DNA of 56,923 nucleotides, filler included, from Circinaria calcarea (Eukaryota), in the NCBI GenBank assembly GCA_051942165.1. It is 6 parts of 6 records of this genome, joined end to end, with 100 filler letters (N's around TTAATTAATTAA, not from the genome) between each part and the next. Parts side by side here need not be neighbours in the genome. Positions count along the whole stretch, not along the records: positions 1 to 9,408 come from JAVECS010000939.1; positions 9,509 to 18,914 come from JAVECS010000940.1; 4 more parts are not named here. One strand, given 5' to 3'. Below are positions 1 to 13,700 of the stretch, in pieces. Positions within the stretch are counted from its first letter, which is position 1, and each line of letters begins with the position of its first letter. A program made the translations under genes and the position numbers. The notes under the pieces were generated by a model, which was given only the letters and a program-made list of their open reading frames with translations, was not told where the DNA came from and searched no databases.

Positions 1-67
1 TTTAATTACATCTGCCCAATCTCTCGATGCATCACTTATTAGCACGATAACAGAAGTACTTTTATTT

Positions 68-1565
68 TTACCCTGCAAGTATCCTCTTTCCAAACATCCA
101 CTCACGGACCCGCCATTGGTATATTGAGATTTTTGTACGTACGGTAAGGAGAGACCGATAATCATTTCTATCATTGACATAGAGATCATTAGGCCGATAA
201 TTTCCTGTTTTGAAACAGCCCTTTATGCCTTCAAGATCATCTACGCACAGGAAAACGACGATCCAGTCGGAGTCAGGTCGTATATTGGGTAGCTCCAACT
301 GAATATTTAGCGGGGAGGAAAACCCATGGGCTCGGTCGTAGGAAATACGAGCTTGGATACACCGGCTCCATAGTAACGGGTTAAGGAATATGCTAAGTTC
401 TACCTCAATATACTCATCCAAAGATTGTTTAGTGCCATTTGGAGTCTCCTCTTCACTCAAATACGCATTGATAGCGATAGAGCCAAGAAAATTTCGGTAT
501 TTCTTGTTATAGATTCCCCGTTTCATTTTGCGGAACCTTTTCTTTGTGACACATGACTTGGCGGAGGAATTATGTCGTGGATACGTGTGCAGAGAAGCGT
601 CCGCGGAATCACTGGCAGCATCGGAGCCTCGGTTTCGTCGTTTAGGGGATACAATAGTCGGGCATTGGCATTGGACATCAGGAGAACACTGTTTTCCAGG
701 GCATGACCCTACAATTTGGCCGTCTCGAAAATGCGAAGATTGGCTCCCTTCGAGCACCTTCTGTATGGAAGTCGTAACTTCCAGCGGTAATACTCCTTGT
801 AGAGCAAATCCCCAGTCTTGGCTCTCTTTGAGTTCATGGATCTGTGTGTTTGACAAGAGAAGAGTAGACTGGAGCTGTCGCGTCATGTCGAGTAAACTAG
901 TACCGTAAGTATGATTTGAATCCTGAACAGCAGCTATGCTTGTTGCTAGGTCGATATTGTCCTTCCTGACTGCCATAATATCAGCTGCCAGTCGTTCCAT
1001 GGTCTGAGTTAGATTCTGCATCACATCATCATTCTTCGTCAGGGATGTGAAAACAGCATTGTGGTTCTGGCTAAGTAACTGTCTATACCAGCTATCGATT
1101 AGCAGATATTTGTAATGAATGAAGAAATCTATACCGGAGCATGCTCATGTAGCATAAGTTAAGAGTATCCTGTATCCTTCGAATATGTTCCACCTGTTGA
1201 GTTACATCTTTCGAGGCTAACACAGCTTTGAGTTTGCTGACATGGCGGGCAAATCCTTCGGCATGCTCGAGAGAAGTGAATCGGGCTTCGATGTACTTGG
1301 TCAGATGTTGTACAGCATTTAGGCAGTCTTCTAGACATGATCGTAGTGGACCTAAATCGATGGCTAACTCACAGGTAGGGACTTCCGGATAGAGCTGCTG
1401 AATATCGTTGAGCACTTGAGCAAGTTGCGTCAACCAGTGAAGGTGTCCCTGCAGGTTCCTAGATATTCCTTTGGTAGCTTTAACGATGCTGATGATCTTG
1501 GTAACGGACTGGGCTGATAGCGCAGCTAATCCCACCAGACCAGCAATGCCGGAAGCAACATCCAT
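68..1565 (-). CDS. Fungal HeLo-like/STAND N-terminal-domain protein, intron-containing, probably running off the contig start
   Basis: N-terminus MDVASGIAGLVGLAALSAQSV..LAQVL resembles HeLo-like N-terminal helices. A GTATAG..GCTAAT..TAG intron (1134-1092) joins ORF 1092-1604 in frame to ORF 68-1024. A further likely donor GTACGT lies at 142. Confidence 0.6.
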
Positions 1566-2622
1566 AGCACTTTGACTCAAGGATGATATGATTGTCGAAC
1601 TCAAAGTGAGGCTTCGAATAGGTGAAGTGCTTGGAGAACGGTTATTAGCCGGGTTCGTTTACCTTTAATCTTCGTTGTGGGGTTATATAAAGACCAACTT
1701 TTTCTTGTACTCAGGGTCATCACCTCCGACAGCGAAGAAGGTCTGGAGGCAACCAAGTCAAATATCAAGCAACCCAAAGGCAAAGTATTGAATGCTTTTG
1801 CCATCAGATGGAGTGGGCGCGTAGAAAAGGCATTCTGCCTGACACGCAAGGCTGAGTAGAGCCTTGCGAGAGCCCCATTTGAGCTGGCCTTGGCCTGCAG
1901 TAGGCTATTGTGTGACATGAGCGGAGCACCTTACTATAGGCTGACTTTGACTGCCGTTGTCCTGTTTGGTTCACCTCACCTTCAGCCAGCTTTGTCGAAG
2001 AAATATTGCCTGAAGAAAGTGAGGCAATCTTCAGTGGGAGTCAATCAAATCACTGGTACCGACAAGGGCTGTCAGTTAAGTCGACCAATCGGAGTGAAGG
2101 GTGAAGCTCTCCGCCCGTTGAAGTTCGGAAGCATGTTGGGGAGCCGATGCGGAGCATTGTCAAAAGTCAGACTTCGGATTAAAGAGAAGGCCAAACAGCT
2201 TGGGCTTTACTCGCACTGAAGAGAACCCTGTAATCATAACCAGTTTACATTTGGTTACTTTTCACCTCAAACGCACGTTATCCATCAAAAATCAAATGGA
2301 GTACACCGATATAGTCTCCAGGGGTTAAAGGGTTAGGGTAGAGGCCTCTACTCTCTACAACAAGATATCCAAAGACCTATCTTGATTCTCTATACCTTCG
2401 TGGCTGAACAATAGGAATTTTACTGTTCGATGACCGAAATTAGATCGTGGCGCCTGGGGTAAACTTATCCGGCATTTAGATCTTCCGAGACCCGGATAAG
2501 GGTTTAAATGGCGTGCTTTGTGTGCTGTCAGCATCTTATCCAGCAACCCATTAAATCAATTAGGTAGATCAAACTTCTCGAAATCTATTGTTTAGTAGGT
2601 ACTCTTTTGAAAGGTAATAGTC

Positions 2623-3597
2623 ATGTCTAAGCCTTTACGTATCGGTTTTGTGCCGGGTAAGACTCGCCGATAATAACCAAAAGCCCCTATTAACAAGGGC
2701 CAGAGCATTTCTCAACGCCCCTTCACTTCGCTCAAAAGTACTTCAATCTGAATGCTACCTTGACACCTTTTCCGTCCGGTACCGGACACATGATTACATC
2801 TCTTCAGGCCAATGAAATCGACATTGGTATTGGTCTGACCGAGGGCTGGGTTGCTGGTCTGGGGAAACAAGGTGGCAAGGCTGGCTTCAAAATCGTGGGT
2901 ACCTATGTCGAAAGTCCGCTGTGCTGGGCCATCAGCACCGGAGCAGAAAGAGAAATTAATAATGTCTCACACTTGAAAGATACCAAGATTGGCGTTAGCC
3001 GGATAGGAAGGTCGGCTGCGGAGTCCTTTGGCAGAGAAGTAGTGTCTGCTGACACTCGGCAGTGGCTCTTACGTGATGGGATTTGTCCTTGCCGACACCA
3101 ATAGATGGTTGAAATCCCCTGGAGAACCCCCCTTTGAGGTTGTTCCCTTGCAGACTTTCGCCAAGCTACGAGAGGCCGTCAACGACAAATCCGCCGACTT
3201 CTTCATGTGGGAGCATTTCACCTCGAAGAAATACTACGACAACGGTGAGATCAAACGGATCGGGGAGATTTATACTCCCTGGAGCTCTTGGAAGATTGTC
3301 TCACAAGACCCCCAGGATGAGAGGTTACCGGCCATGTTCGACAGTATCAACCAGGGGATCCGTTATTTTCGCGACCACCCAACCGAATCCGTCGATTATA
3401 TTAGTACAAATCTGGACTATTCGAAAGAAGATGCTCAGAAGTGGCTGAAGACGGTTGAATTCGCCGATGATGTTCAAGGCGTAAGCGAGGCTACCATAGA
3501 AAAAACCATTGAGATTCTGAGGAAAGCGGGCGTCATTCACGGAACCGATGTTCAAGCCAGTCATATGATCGCTATCTCTAGGACATCCTCAGCCTAA
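2623..3597 (+). CDS. Periplasmic-binding-protein-like (NMT1/THI5-like, Ca3427-type) protein
   Basis: The spliced protein reads MSKPLRIGFVPEHFSTPLHF..GTGHM..GLTEGWVAG..SRIGSGSYVM..DFFMWEHFTSK. Introns 2657-2703 and 3011-3062 keep the frame. Confidence 0.8.
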
Positions 3598-3987
3598 GGT
3601 TGTCGCCGACAACACTATCACCATGATTCATTTCTGCTCATCAACCATGGCGGCGCAGCAAAGGAGCTTGGACACTACCATGATTCACCTCGATACATAT
3701 GCCAATATTGCAACATCAGCCATGCTCTGTCATTCCTACACCCCCACCGAGTCACTTCGGCCTCAACGAGGATGGTTCTAGTAATTTAGCACAAAGCTAG
3801 GACGACCAAACTATATATGGCTTCTTCATAGGTCACATGTGGCATTTTCGTTGTCATACCGACTAATGTGTATACGGTTCCAATTATTTTTTGACACGGT
3901 AAGTATTGACTTTCAGAGAAGTCTATCGGTGTTGCACCCGACCTAGCCTCCTGGCTTTCTCGCTGATCAATATTGCCCTCATAGCAC

Positions 3988-4953
3988 TCATCTGATATAC
4001 AAATAACTACCAATGACAGCCACGACACCAAGAAGAGAAGGCAACAATCTCTTTGCAATCCGCCGCATGGCTAGTGTTCCCGATAATTTCTGTCTCTCTG
4101 CAAATTCGGCACTCTCATTTACATGTGGGAAGGGCTTCGGTGGAATATCCTTGTCGAGAAACTTGCAGAGCGGTTCCCAACCCTGCCCCAGTTTGTACTC
4201 GAGCAATCGGTCTTCCGGTACCATCTGGCGGACTTCCTCGTGCATGGCAACGTATATACTTTTGGCTTTCGCTTCATCCTGGAATTTGCTCTCCCCAAAG
4301 GTGCCTGTAAGCATCACATTTATAAAGGGATACAGTCGTCCGAACAAGAAAGGATCTAGGTATGCGAAAATATTGAGGAAAAAGGACCGTTCAAATTTCC
4401 CGACCGAGTTCATGCACGAGGTGTACCAAGCATCAGGGTTCCGCATAGACACGATAACTTTGGCTTTCGGGTAGGCGGCAATGAGCTCGGGCATAAAAGC
4501 TGCACTGGGATAATCGACACATGCCTGCGCTGAATCAGCTCTTGTGGACCATAAAGCGAGGTTCTTCCTTTTTGGGGTGGGTTCCAACCCCATAATCCCC
4601 AAGCAAAGCATCCCACTCCGCCTTTCCATACTTCTTTCCTCTGCCAAAGCATTTTGCTTCGAAGGCCTCCTTCCACATGACGGCGTCTGGCGGGTTCTGA
4701 ATGACCTCTAACATGTGGTACACGTTTCCGTATCCTAGTTCCTTAAGGGCATTTCGCATTGCTACCTCGGAGCATGATCAGCGCCGAAGCATTGGCGATT
4801 GGAGCCAACTGGCCACTCACACGATGTCCCTGTACGCATCATGCCTATTACCAACACCTGCATCTCCACGGTGCGTTTCCTGCCATGGCGGTCGATTTCA
4901 GTCTGATTGAAGAGTTCTGGAAAACGTTCTTCATTGCTTCCCTGGGTCGGCAT
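3988..4953 (-). CDS. P-loop sulfotransferase-family (Sulfotransfer_4-like) protein with C-terminal membrane anchor
   Basis: Motifs VLVIGMMRTGTSSMRNALKELGY..YHM, DYPSAAF..ELIAAYPKAKVI and GWEPLCKFL..PFPHVN. Introns 4820-4762 and 4588-4525 give one frame. Hydrophobic C-terminus. Confidence 0.8.
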
Positions 4954-6141
4954 TGCGATTGGAATCGACTGTGATCAATCAGGGGTAAGGTGGAGGGTGA
5001 GGTTTTGAGTAGGGCCTCGATGGTTTGAGTGGTCTCTCTTATCTAATATTGTTAAAGGAGCATGGAAAGTTTTATTGCCGAGGCGCCGATCCTAATTCAC
5101 TTGCCCAACAATAAGGTCAACGCAACGGAGTAGCCTAGCGGTTCGGTCGGTCGGCCCTTCGGCCTCTCGGCTTCACGATGATCCGTGCGATATCCATGAA
5201 GGTGGGCGTTTATTCTATCTAGCAGCTTTCATCGGTTCCTCAACTTTCGACCGAAGCCGACAATGTGATAATGGCGAAAAGTCATGGGTTCCCACACAGG
5301 GTCTTTTGACTCTTTTCTTACTCAGGAGACGCGCAATCATGCATTCAACCATGGGGCTGGAATGTCAAGGATTGATGTCTCTGGAGGTTGAAATCGTGAT
5401 TTCTTCCCTGCTTTACCGGACTGCAAACTTGTCCTGCATCGGTATCACTAATAAAGGCTTATTAATGCTTCTACCATTCAGGTCGAGCAACATAGGTGGA
5501 GTACATCACATGTTGCCGTTCTCACGCCGTGCCTACCTTACCTACCCCGAACTATGTTTCCACTTATGCGGGATTACATCGTTGGCTTCGTTGGAGCCAC
5601 TGTTGAAGGGTAGATCCTAATTAGGTATGTTAGGATACCCGCAAAAGTCTTGCTAGGATTGCGGCGTACAAACTAGCGACTTATTCAAGGGTTACCTAGA
5701 ATCCTTCCACAATTCTTCGGACTTCCCGCGAAAGGTAGTCAGCCGTACGCATTTCGACTCGGACCTGTATCCTGTCTTTACAGGAGGCGGAGTCGGTTTG
5801 AAGTTCAATTGAGCATGCCTTTGGTTTTCGGATTTTGAGTTGCTGTCAAATCAGCCAATCAGGAGGGTTTTGCTGTTCCGTGACTAATCGTAGGAACAGG
5901 CTAGATTGATAATCTAAATTTGACCCCGTGCGGATCTTCCCCGCTTGGAATACGTAGTACAAGATCGTCACAAACGGTCTGTGCCCTGGCTTCCGGAACG
6001 TCCCGGCCGGGTATGGTGGAAGCGACTAATCAGGAGTGTGATATCGAGCTTCGTAAAGATTCGTAATCGCCACGTGGGAATCTAAGAGCTGATTATTCAC
6101 TTTCATATCTGATCTCACAAAGCGCTTGGAATCGCTCTCTC

Positions 6142-7508
6142 ATGGCCTTCCCTCGGAACTCCCTCCGCGCTTTTTTATCACATGCTAAATCGTACCTCCA
6201 CTCCGCGATCCGGGAGAGCAAAAGCGTTACGCTGGTGATTGGGAATGAGTCGGCAGGTTTGATAATCCGGTCGTCAATAGATGTTTTCAAAGACCCCCGA
6301 TGCTAACGCGAGATGTAGATCTCGACTCGTTGACTTCTTCCCTTCTCTATGCCTACATACGCTCCCAAGCTCCTCCCCGGACTGCCTTCACCCCGCTCTA
6401 TATCCCCCTCCTGAACATACCAGCAAGTGACATTACTTTGAGACCGGAATTTAACGTCCTCTTCACTCATGCCAACATCTCCGCGTCCCACCTCATCACC
6501 TTAGATGACCTTTCTCCTCTATCCGACCTCGAGCAACGGCTGCAACCGGAATATACTCGCTGGATTCTCGTGGATCATAATAAACTTCAGGGGTTTCTGG
6601 GGAAGGTCTACTCATCACGTGTTTGCGGCGTGATCGATCATCACGATGAGGAGCACGCTGTGCCGACCGAGACGGAACCCGAGCCTCGTATCATAGAGAA
6701 GTGTGGCTCCTCTACCAGCCTAGTGACTCAATACGTCAAGTCCGCATGGGAGAGCCTCTCTAGTGCTGCTCTGTCTTCTGGCGCTGGTCATGCGCAAGGC
6801 GATTCTCTCATCAACGACGGCGCTTTTAGCCAGGGATGGGACGCGCAAGTTGCAAAGATGGCAATCGCCAGTATTCTTGTGGACAGTGCTAATCTAACAG
6901 CAGAAGACAAGGTGGAAAAACCTGACAAGGAAGCTGTAGCGTATCTGGAATCGAAGATTCGACTGTCTCCTAAAGATGGCAAAGCCTGGGATAGGGAGAA
7001 ATTCTATGAAGAAATCAATCAAGCCAAGGCAGATATCGGAAGTCTGTCGCTAAACGACATTCTAAGAAAAGACTACAAAGAATGGACCGAGGGAGGTAGG
7101 AAGCTAGGTATCAGCTCGATAGTCAAACCGTTAGATTTCCTGATTAAAAAGGCGCAGGATGAGCGATCAAGGAGCAACGACACTTCAGCTTTTACTAAAG
7201 CTACAAACATCTTCGCATCCGATAGAGGTCTCGCAATCTTTGCCATCATGACTACATCAACCTCCTCAGAAGGAAAGTTTCAAAGAGAGTTGTATGTACA
7301 AAGCGAGAAGAACGGACGAGAAGCATCGTCCCGTTTCGAGAATACGGCAATTGGGGAACTGGGGCTGGAGCCTTTGCCTAGCGATAATGTCAATCAGCTA
7401 TCAGAAAAGAGTGATGACATCTCTCGCAGAACGTGGCTCCAGAAGGATGTCAGCAAGAGTAGGAAACAAGTCGCACCTTTGTTGAGGAAAGCAATGCAAG
7501 ATGGTTAA
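6142..7508 (+). CDS. PPX1: Exopolyphosphatase (DHH/DHHA2 family)
   Basis: GNESADLDS across intron 6257-6318, plus LVDHN, IDHH, CGSSTSLV and LRKDYKEW motifs. Confidence 0.9.
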
Positions 7509-8871
7509 TGACGTTTTCCCACGCCTCATCTCCCTTCATACTGTTACATTATGCGGCTTTAAATCCCCTACTACGTACCTGGCAACCACTATTCTCTGAT
7601 TTCATCCATCCACAAGAACATCCTATCCCGTCCATCCCTCATCTGCTATCCTCATCCCTTCCTGATTTCTTCCGGGGCGAGAAAGCTATGCGAAATGACG
7701 GGAAGGAAAGGCGAAGGAAAGTCCCTGGTTTCTCATTCATTGGAGAGAGAGTATCCATCCAGAATTCCCCTGCCAAACCCATGGAGCTCCGAGCCTGCCT
7801 CCTCTTGACCAATCGAAGTCTCTAACACGATCATGCACGTCACTCAATGGTAGACTCGCTGGGGCAAAGGACGCCAAGGAGGTTCCCTGGGAAATTTTGG
7901 CGTTATTCCTTGTAGACTGACCGAGAATAGATGGGCCGGGACTCGCAAGGGAAAACGCCTTTTGTCACCTTGCCCCCCTCCTCTCCCACTCTCTCTTTCT
8001 CGAAAAACAAACAATGTTCTTCGTCCAACCCCATCTCCTCATCTTGTTGCCTTTTCAGCGTTTGGGATTGGAGAAGAGAAGTGGGGAAATTGGGGAAAGG
8101 GAATAGCGGTTTTGCGGAGATCGGCTGAGGATCCAGATCCATCGCTTTCCTCCCAGCCCTTCACCCGGAAAGACAAAGAAATCTCCCATATCGTCATTGG
8201 CGGCGCCTTTTCCTGTCTAGAATCCTAGATAGCCGAGCACAGCCTGGCGCCCCCGGCCGGGGGCGTAAAAAGTGTGGGGGATTCCAGCCAAACCGTTACA
8301 TGGAGTCTACTGGGGATGCGGATCTAACTTCTTTTCTCCCGCACTCCACCCCTCCCCCCCAGAAAAGAAGTCTTCATGCGATTCAGAATCTCAGACAGTC
8401 GAGCCCAGCCCAGGGACCCTGGCCGGGCGCTTAAAATCAATGGCGAATACGGGCCATCCCTCGGGGATTACCCTATTCTATGGCGTTTGACGTGGAAGGC
8501 CAGGGAGCGGGGCGGAAGAAAGAACTTGGAACTGAAACTGGACTGAGCGGAGCAGGGTAAAAATCCGGATTATTGGATGCGCAGTCGATGATCGTTACGC
8601 CAGGTACCAGAAAACAACGTTGTGCCCACCACACTTGGGTACACGTCCGTCGAGGTCCGATGTCGGCTTGAGTTATTTTCGAGACCGATGACTGCCTTTC
8701 GGTGGTAGTAGGCTTTTCTTCGCAAATATAAAAGACGGTGGTCGCCGTTAGTTCTTCTACTCTTAGGTCCACTGCAAACAAAACCGCCCACTGACGTCAT
8801 AAAGTCCAAACCCTTGCCAAATCTTCTATACTCCAAAACCTTAGAAAGCCTTTCTCCTTCACAAACTAAGA

Positions 8872-9295
8872 ATGCATTTCTCCAACATCGCCACCCTCCT
8901 CCTCGCCGGCGCTGCCAGTGTCGCCGCCGCGCCTGTACTGGACGAGCGCGCTACCGGCATCAAAGTCTTCCTCTCCAACTTGGGCTACGTTTACGGCTTC
9001 CCGGCTGGGTCCGATCCGTCCAAGCAATACATATGCTCGACCGCTGCTTTTGTAAGTCTCATTTCGTTCCCTTCCTGATTACCCGATGTAAACACAATGT
9101 TGCCTCTCCCAAACTCGCCCCCCTTTCTCTTTCTACCCCAAACACAAAACCTCTTCTCCCAAAACAGCAAAGCCAGGGGGAAGTTTTGATGCAGTGATTG
9201 ACTCATTCCTGTGTGAATCTTAGAATCTGCTAGACTGCCGCAACGTGGCTACGGGCTCGCAAGTCTTCGTTCCCACGAGCATTATCAAGAGTTGA
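8872..9295 (+). CDS. Small secreted protein, 83 aa, two Cys
   Basis: Signal peptide MHFSNIATLLLAGAASVAA and propeptide APVLDER. Phase-0 intron 9052-9223 (GTAAGT..TAG). Exon 2 reads NLLDCRNVATGSQVFVPTSIIKS*. Confidence 0.7.
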
Positions 9296-9408
9296 TTGGC
9301 ATCTCGTCAAACGGCAACGATCTCCAGGGGGACTGGGATGATTAGGCCGAGGGGGTTTGTTTGGGTTTGGGAATTGAAATGAAAAGCTTGGAGTGCATGG
9401 GTGGGGGA

Positions 9409-9508
9409 NNNNNNNNNNNNNNNNNNNNNNNNNNNNNNNNNNNNNNNNNNNNTTAATTAATTAANNNNNNNNNNNNNNNNNNNNNNNNNNNNNNNNNNNN
9501 NNNNNNNN
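9409..9508. other. Artificial contig spacer 1
   Basis: 44 N + TTAATTAATTAA + 44 N, with stop codons in all six frames. Confidence 0.98.
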
Positions 9509-9903
9509 GAGGTTACAAAGCTCAATGGTATGGACGGCCTTTGGTGATATACCAGCGGAAAACGCTTGCCCTGCGAATTTAGGTGCTAAGGCCATTGTGT
9601 ATACTAAGCTTTTTGGATTGATAAAGGCCTCAAGGAGCTTGATCTCAGCGTCGACTTTTAGAGAGTCGTTCAGCTAAGGTACAGTAGCCTTGTGTAATGA
9701 GATCAAAGTGCTTCCTGCCCCTCGGTGACCTGCCGCTGGGCTTAAGATGGGTACGCTAAGTTTAAATTACCAGACTCGGAAGGTCGCGCCTACAGATTCA
9801 CGCGATTATCAATTTCAACGTCTCCATTATCATGCATCTCAATCAGCAGACTCTTGGTTCTATGAAACCTTCGATAGCTAGGATCAAACCAGTAGCATAG
9901 CAG

Positions 9904-10758
9904 ATGGTTGAACGTCTACAGATCCCCACGGTGACTGAGGTAGGTCACTACGACGACAGAAAGCTTCATCCGACTATTCGTACTGAATCTACTCCTTGAC
10001 AGGAGGATCTTCTCGCATTTCATGCATGGAGATATGGTAGGCTATACAGTCCCAGACCACCAGCTCTCGACGATCACGGAAATCTCGCTCATCCAGAAGA
10101 TACTACGGAGGACGATGATGGCCTAGGATGGTATCCTGATGGTGTAAAGCGTACTCTGACTGATGAACAAATTGCTATGTTCAGACATAGTGAGATCCAA
10201 GCTGTACTCAGGGCTAAAAGACACCGAAGAGAGATGAAGAGTTCGGATTCAGAAGCAACATCTGACGGCGAGCCGGATATCAAAGTGTTTGATGGGGAGC
10301 CTAGTATGCTGGGGCCATTTATTATGGATAGTGCTCAGCATGAACCACTGGAAGATGTTGTTGAGGATGGTGAGATTGATGAGGAAGACGATGAAGAAGA
10401 GTACGCGCGATTCATAGAAAAAGAGCGCGAAGAGTTTGAGTCTGTAGCTTTGTCAATGAAGGCTAAAAAAGGCCGGGATACATTGAGAATCACGAGCAGG
10501 ACCACTTCAACAAGGAGACGTGTCAGGGAACTTGATGAGATTGCGGGCGGCAACGATGTTCTCGATTACGGCGATGGACCAACTGTATCACCAACCCCTG
10601 CCAAAGCTGGTGCAGCAGACCTCAACCCTAGCGGTGGGAGTGGGACTATGTCTACATTTCAAGGCCATCAAGTAGACGAACCTAACTACACCAACTCCCA
10701 TAGTCAAATTGGAGCTGCCGTAGGTAGGAAAATCTGGTGGCCAACTATCCGATCGTAA
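9904..10758 (+). CDS. DUF3807-like fungal protein
   Basis: Motif DDGLGWYPDGVKRTLTDEQIAMFRHSEIQ and C-terminal RKIWWPTI. ATG 9904 with intron 9940-10002 is in frame with ORF 10177-10758. Confidence 0.75.
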
Positions 10759-13700
10759 ACTGCATTGGAATTAGGCCAAGGGTCATGGCGCAAGGAACTG
10801 GTCGAAAGCTTCGCTAGTCCAGGCATTCAACAGCACAGGATGACGGTGAGTCTCTTACTCCTCCGATCTCATTCCATATAATTCCCAAAAATGATGAAAG
10901 AAATTATCGTCATCCTTAGACGTACAGTCCACAAACCCGTACAGCTTCTGATGCGTTTTGGCATATGCTCAAAGCAATCGAGTTGGGTCAAGTAGTCTCA
11001 TGGCGAATACATAATCTTCTCTCTGAATCCTGAAAATATTAGCCTCCGTTTTGACCTTATTTATACAGGACTATACTGACTTGTTGTAGCGGTTAAATCC
11101 TAGAAGCTGTTACGACGGATTAACTCTTACTAGTCGTACGTCCTTGTTGATATCAGTCTATTGACACTGCATGTACGTCCCCCATATCACTGACCTCAGT
11201 CGACATTATCGTTGAGCTTCTAGACAACAGTTTTACCGTCTTCAATGTCATTCTTGAGGTTATGATTTGCTTCGTCGTATGACTTCTGCCAAGAATCGAG
11301 GTATTGCTCCATCTTCTCCTGTCCACGATGTTCGCCGTGTCCGATGTTGTTCTGCGTTTCTTGGTTTCGGAGATAGACCTCAACTTTCCCATGCTGTATA
11401 GTGGAGAATGTGCGACTTTTAGACGTATTCGAGAGGCTGTCACCATGTTAATGTTCTACTCTGACTTCAATGAGAGGACAATATGCCAACAAATTTGCCG
11501 ATTTCACCACTTGCGTTGAGAGTATAGAGTTACCCGCCATGATGCTCGGACGATCTTACTTGACGAAGTCCTCTTTGACAAAAGGTTGGAGTTAGCTACC
11601 CTATCAACAATGAACATTGAACTAGTAGGAGGACCGCCTCGCCTTTAACCGACTCCTGGATTGCCAAGCCGTGCCCAACTAAGATGAGAACTACTAGAGG
11701 CCCTGTTCTCTCCTGGATGTCGGTTCTATGCATGGCGCATCCATCTCCCGCAGCCATACTAGCGAGCAAGGCTAACAACTTATGAAATTATCATCCTAAT
11801 ATAGTATATGCGGCTCTGCCATCTAAAGGTAGGGCTTCTCCACGGTGCAGTCTAGTTGAAGATAAGCCGGGCTTGTGACTACCATGCGATGCATGGCAAG
11901 AAGCAGCCTCGACTGAACCAACAGCTCGTCGCAATTGCACCTATTGTCTATCAAGGGAACTAGTCTTTCTGAAGAGTTAATAGCTCTGTTCCGGCTTCGC
12001 CTATCCTCTATCTAGATGCGGCAAGCTCAAGAGCTCAAAAGTCACACTGTCATCCCAGCAGGGTTCACTCTACCGTGCATATACTATGGTGTCGATACTT
12101 TAGGAAGACTTGGCCGTCTCGACGGGTATACGCAAAGATAAAATCCAATCAGCATTTCTTTTCGACAAGGTGACTGTTTGACTCTAGTGTCTTTGATGTC
12201 GAAGAACTTAGGGATGCATTTCTCGAGTATTCGAGGTATACTGGTGCATCAGTGAAAATAGTCGCGGATACTACGCACCGGCTGATTGGCTCTCGGTGTC
12301 TTTGGAGCCCTCTTACTTCCTTAATCTAACCACTGTGAGCCCAGGAAACCTCAAGTTGAATATATGCCTGCTGGCCAATCTCATATCTGACGTTACGCAG
12401 TCGGATAGCAATCAATGGGTGGAGCCTCTTTGGATTGAAGCCTACCAATGGTACTTCAGAAAAGATGGTCCTCTGTGGTATTCCTAGGTTACCACCGTCG
12501 CATAATACAACTACTCCTATTGATGAGCTGTTTTCTGTTCCGCAATCCTAGCGCTCATTTCCAAATTTATTTGCGGTTATGAGTAACATGTTAACCACCC
12601 GGCAACGCATCATAGGCTGCTTATATCCATGATAGGACTCAAAATGCTCTGAGTTTGCCTCCTTGTTCAATGATTCTGATAATAGAAGTTTCTAACTTAC
12701 GGCTTACGACTTGCTTGCGTCGCTTACCTATGTTCTCCTCACACCCACGCTTTATTTCTGTACACCATCCAAAAACACACCCATACATTATAAGCTTATT
12801 TCAACTATCTTAAGGTTCAAATATGTTTCAGAGTCTCGATGTGCAGCCCGTGAGACACTTTCCATTAGCGATGTTGTTTGTTAGTCCCGGATGGCACGAT
12901 GCCAAGGGCGCTCATAGCTCTGCATCCCAATATCCCCCTTGGGCTGGAACTACGATACAATAATCAGTACTGGTTTCGTCCCGAATTATTTGGGCACATC
13001 GTACGTATCCAGAAGCTTTCCGAATTGCAGAGTATAATCGAGATTGGAACAACTTTTATAGGCGTTCCCTTCCACCCTTCTAACTAGCTATAGCATCTAA
13101 TCTCTATTATATCTCGGAACTTGTCAGTAGTTTGCTTTGTGATCAGCCTACTCTAATTCAAGCAGAGCAGTCAACATGCACCACACTACGTCCATTTACT
13201 CTCGGGAATCGAGAATTGAAGCCTTCCTGTATTATGTATGAGGTTCTACTACAACACGATATGCAAGGCCTTTCGATCACGGACGGCTGCAGCGTCGGCT
13301 CTGGTGCAAACTAGCCGGTGGCACCGAAAAATATAACTTAATTGTTGCTCGCCAGCCTGCCATCTCATGCATCAGAGTTATTCGTCTACTCAAACATCCC
13401 TTTAGGCGGGGCCGAGGAGTCAATATAATAGCAAGCCAGCCGTGTTTGACGGCAATTAGCTACACGCGATAACAGCAGCTTGCTCGATAATTGCCGTGGT
13501 TACATAACTCGTCTTGGATCATCCAATATGATCTTTGGCCTAGAATAGTTGATTGGAATGTGACGAAGGGAGGTGGCAATTTCTGCGGACGAAGGCTACA
13601 ACAAGAGTGCACTTCACTTCCTAACCAGAATGACTTCAAAGTTCACGTTTGTTTCTCAATAAAAGTTATCATCCAATCCCGACGGTTCACGGGAGTTTGT

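Noticed and set aside
2322..2351. Telomere-like GGGTTA units and a 14-bp palindrome GTAGAGGCCTCTAC
   Set aside because: Only two imperfect units and a short palindrome, compatible with chance or ordinary promoter sequence.
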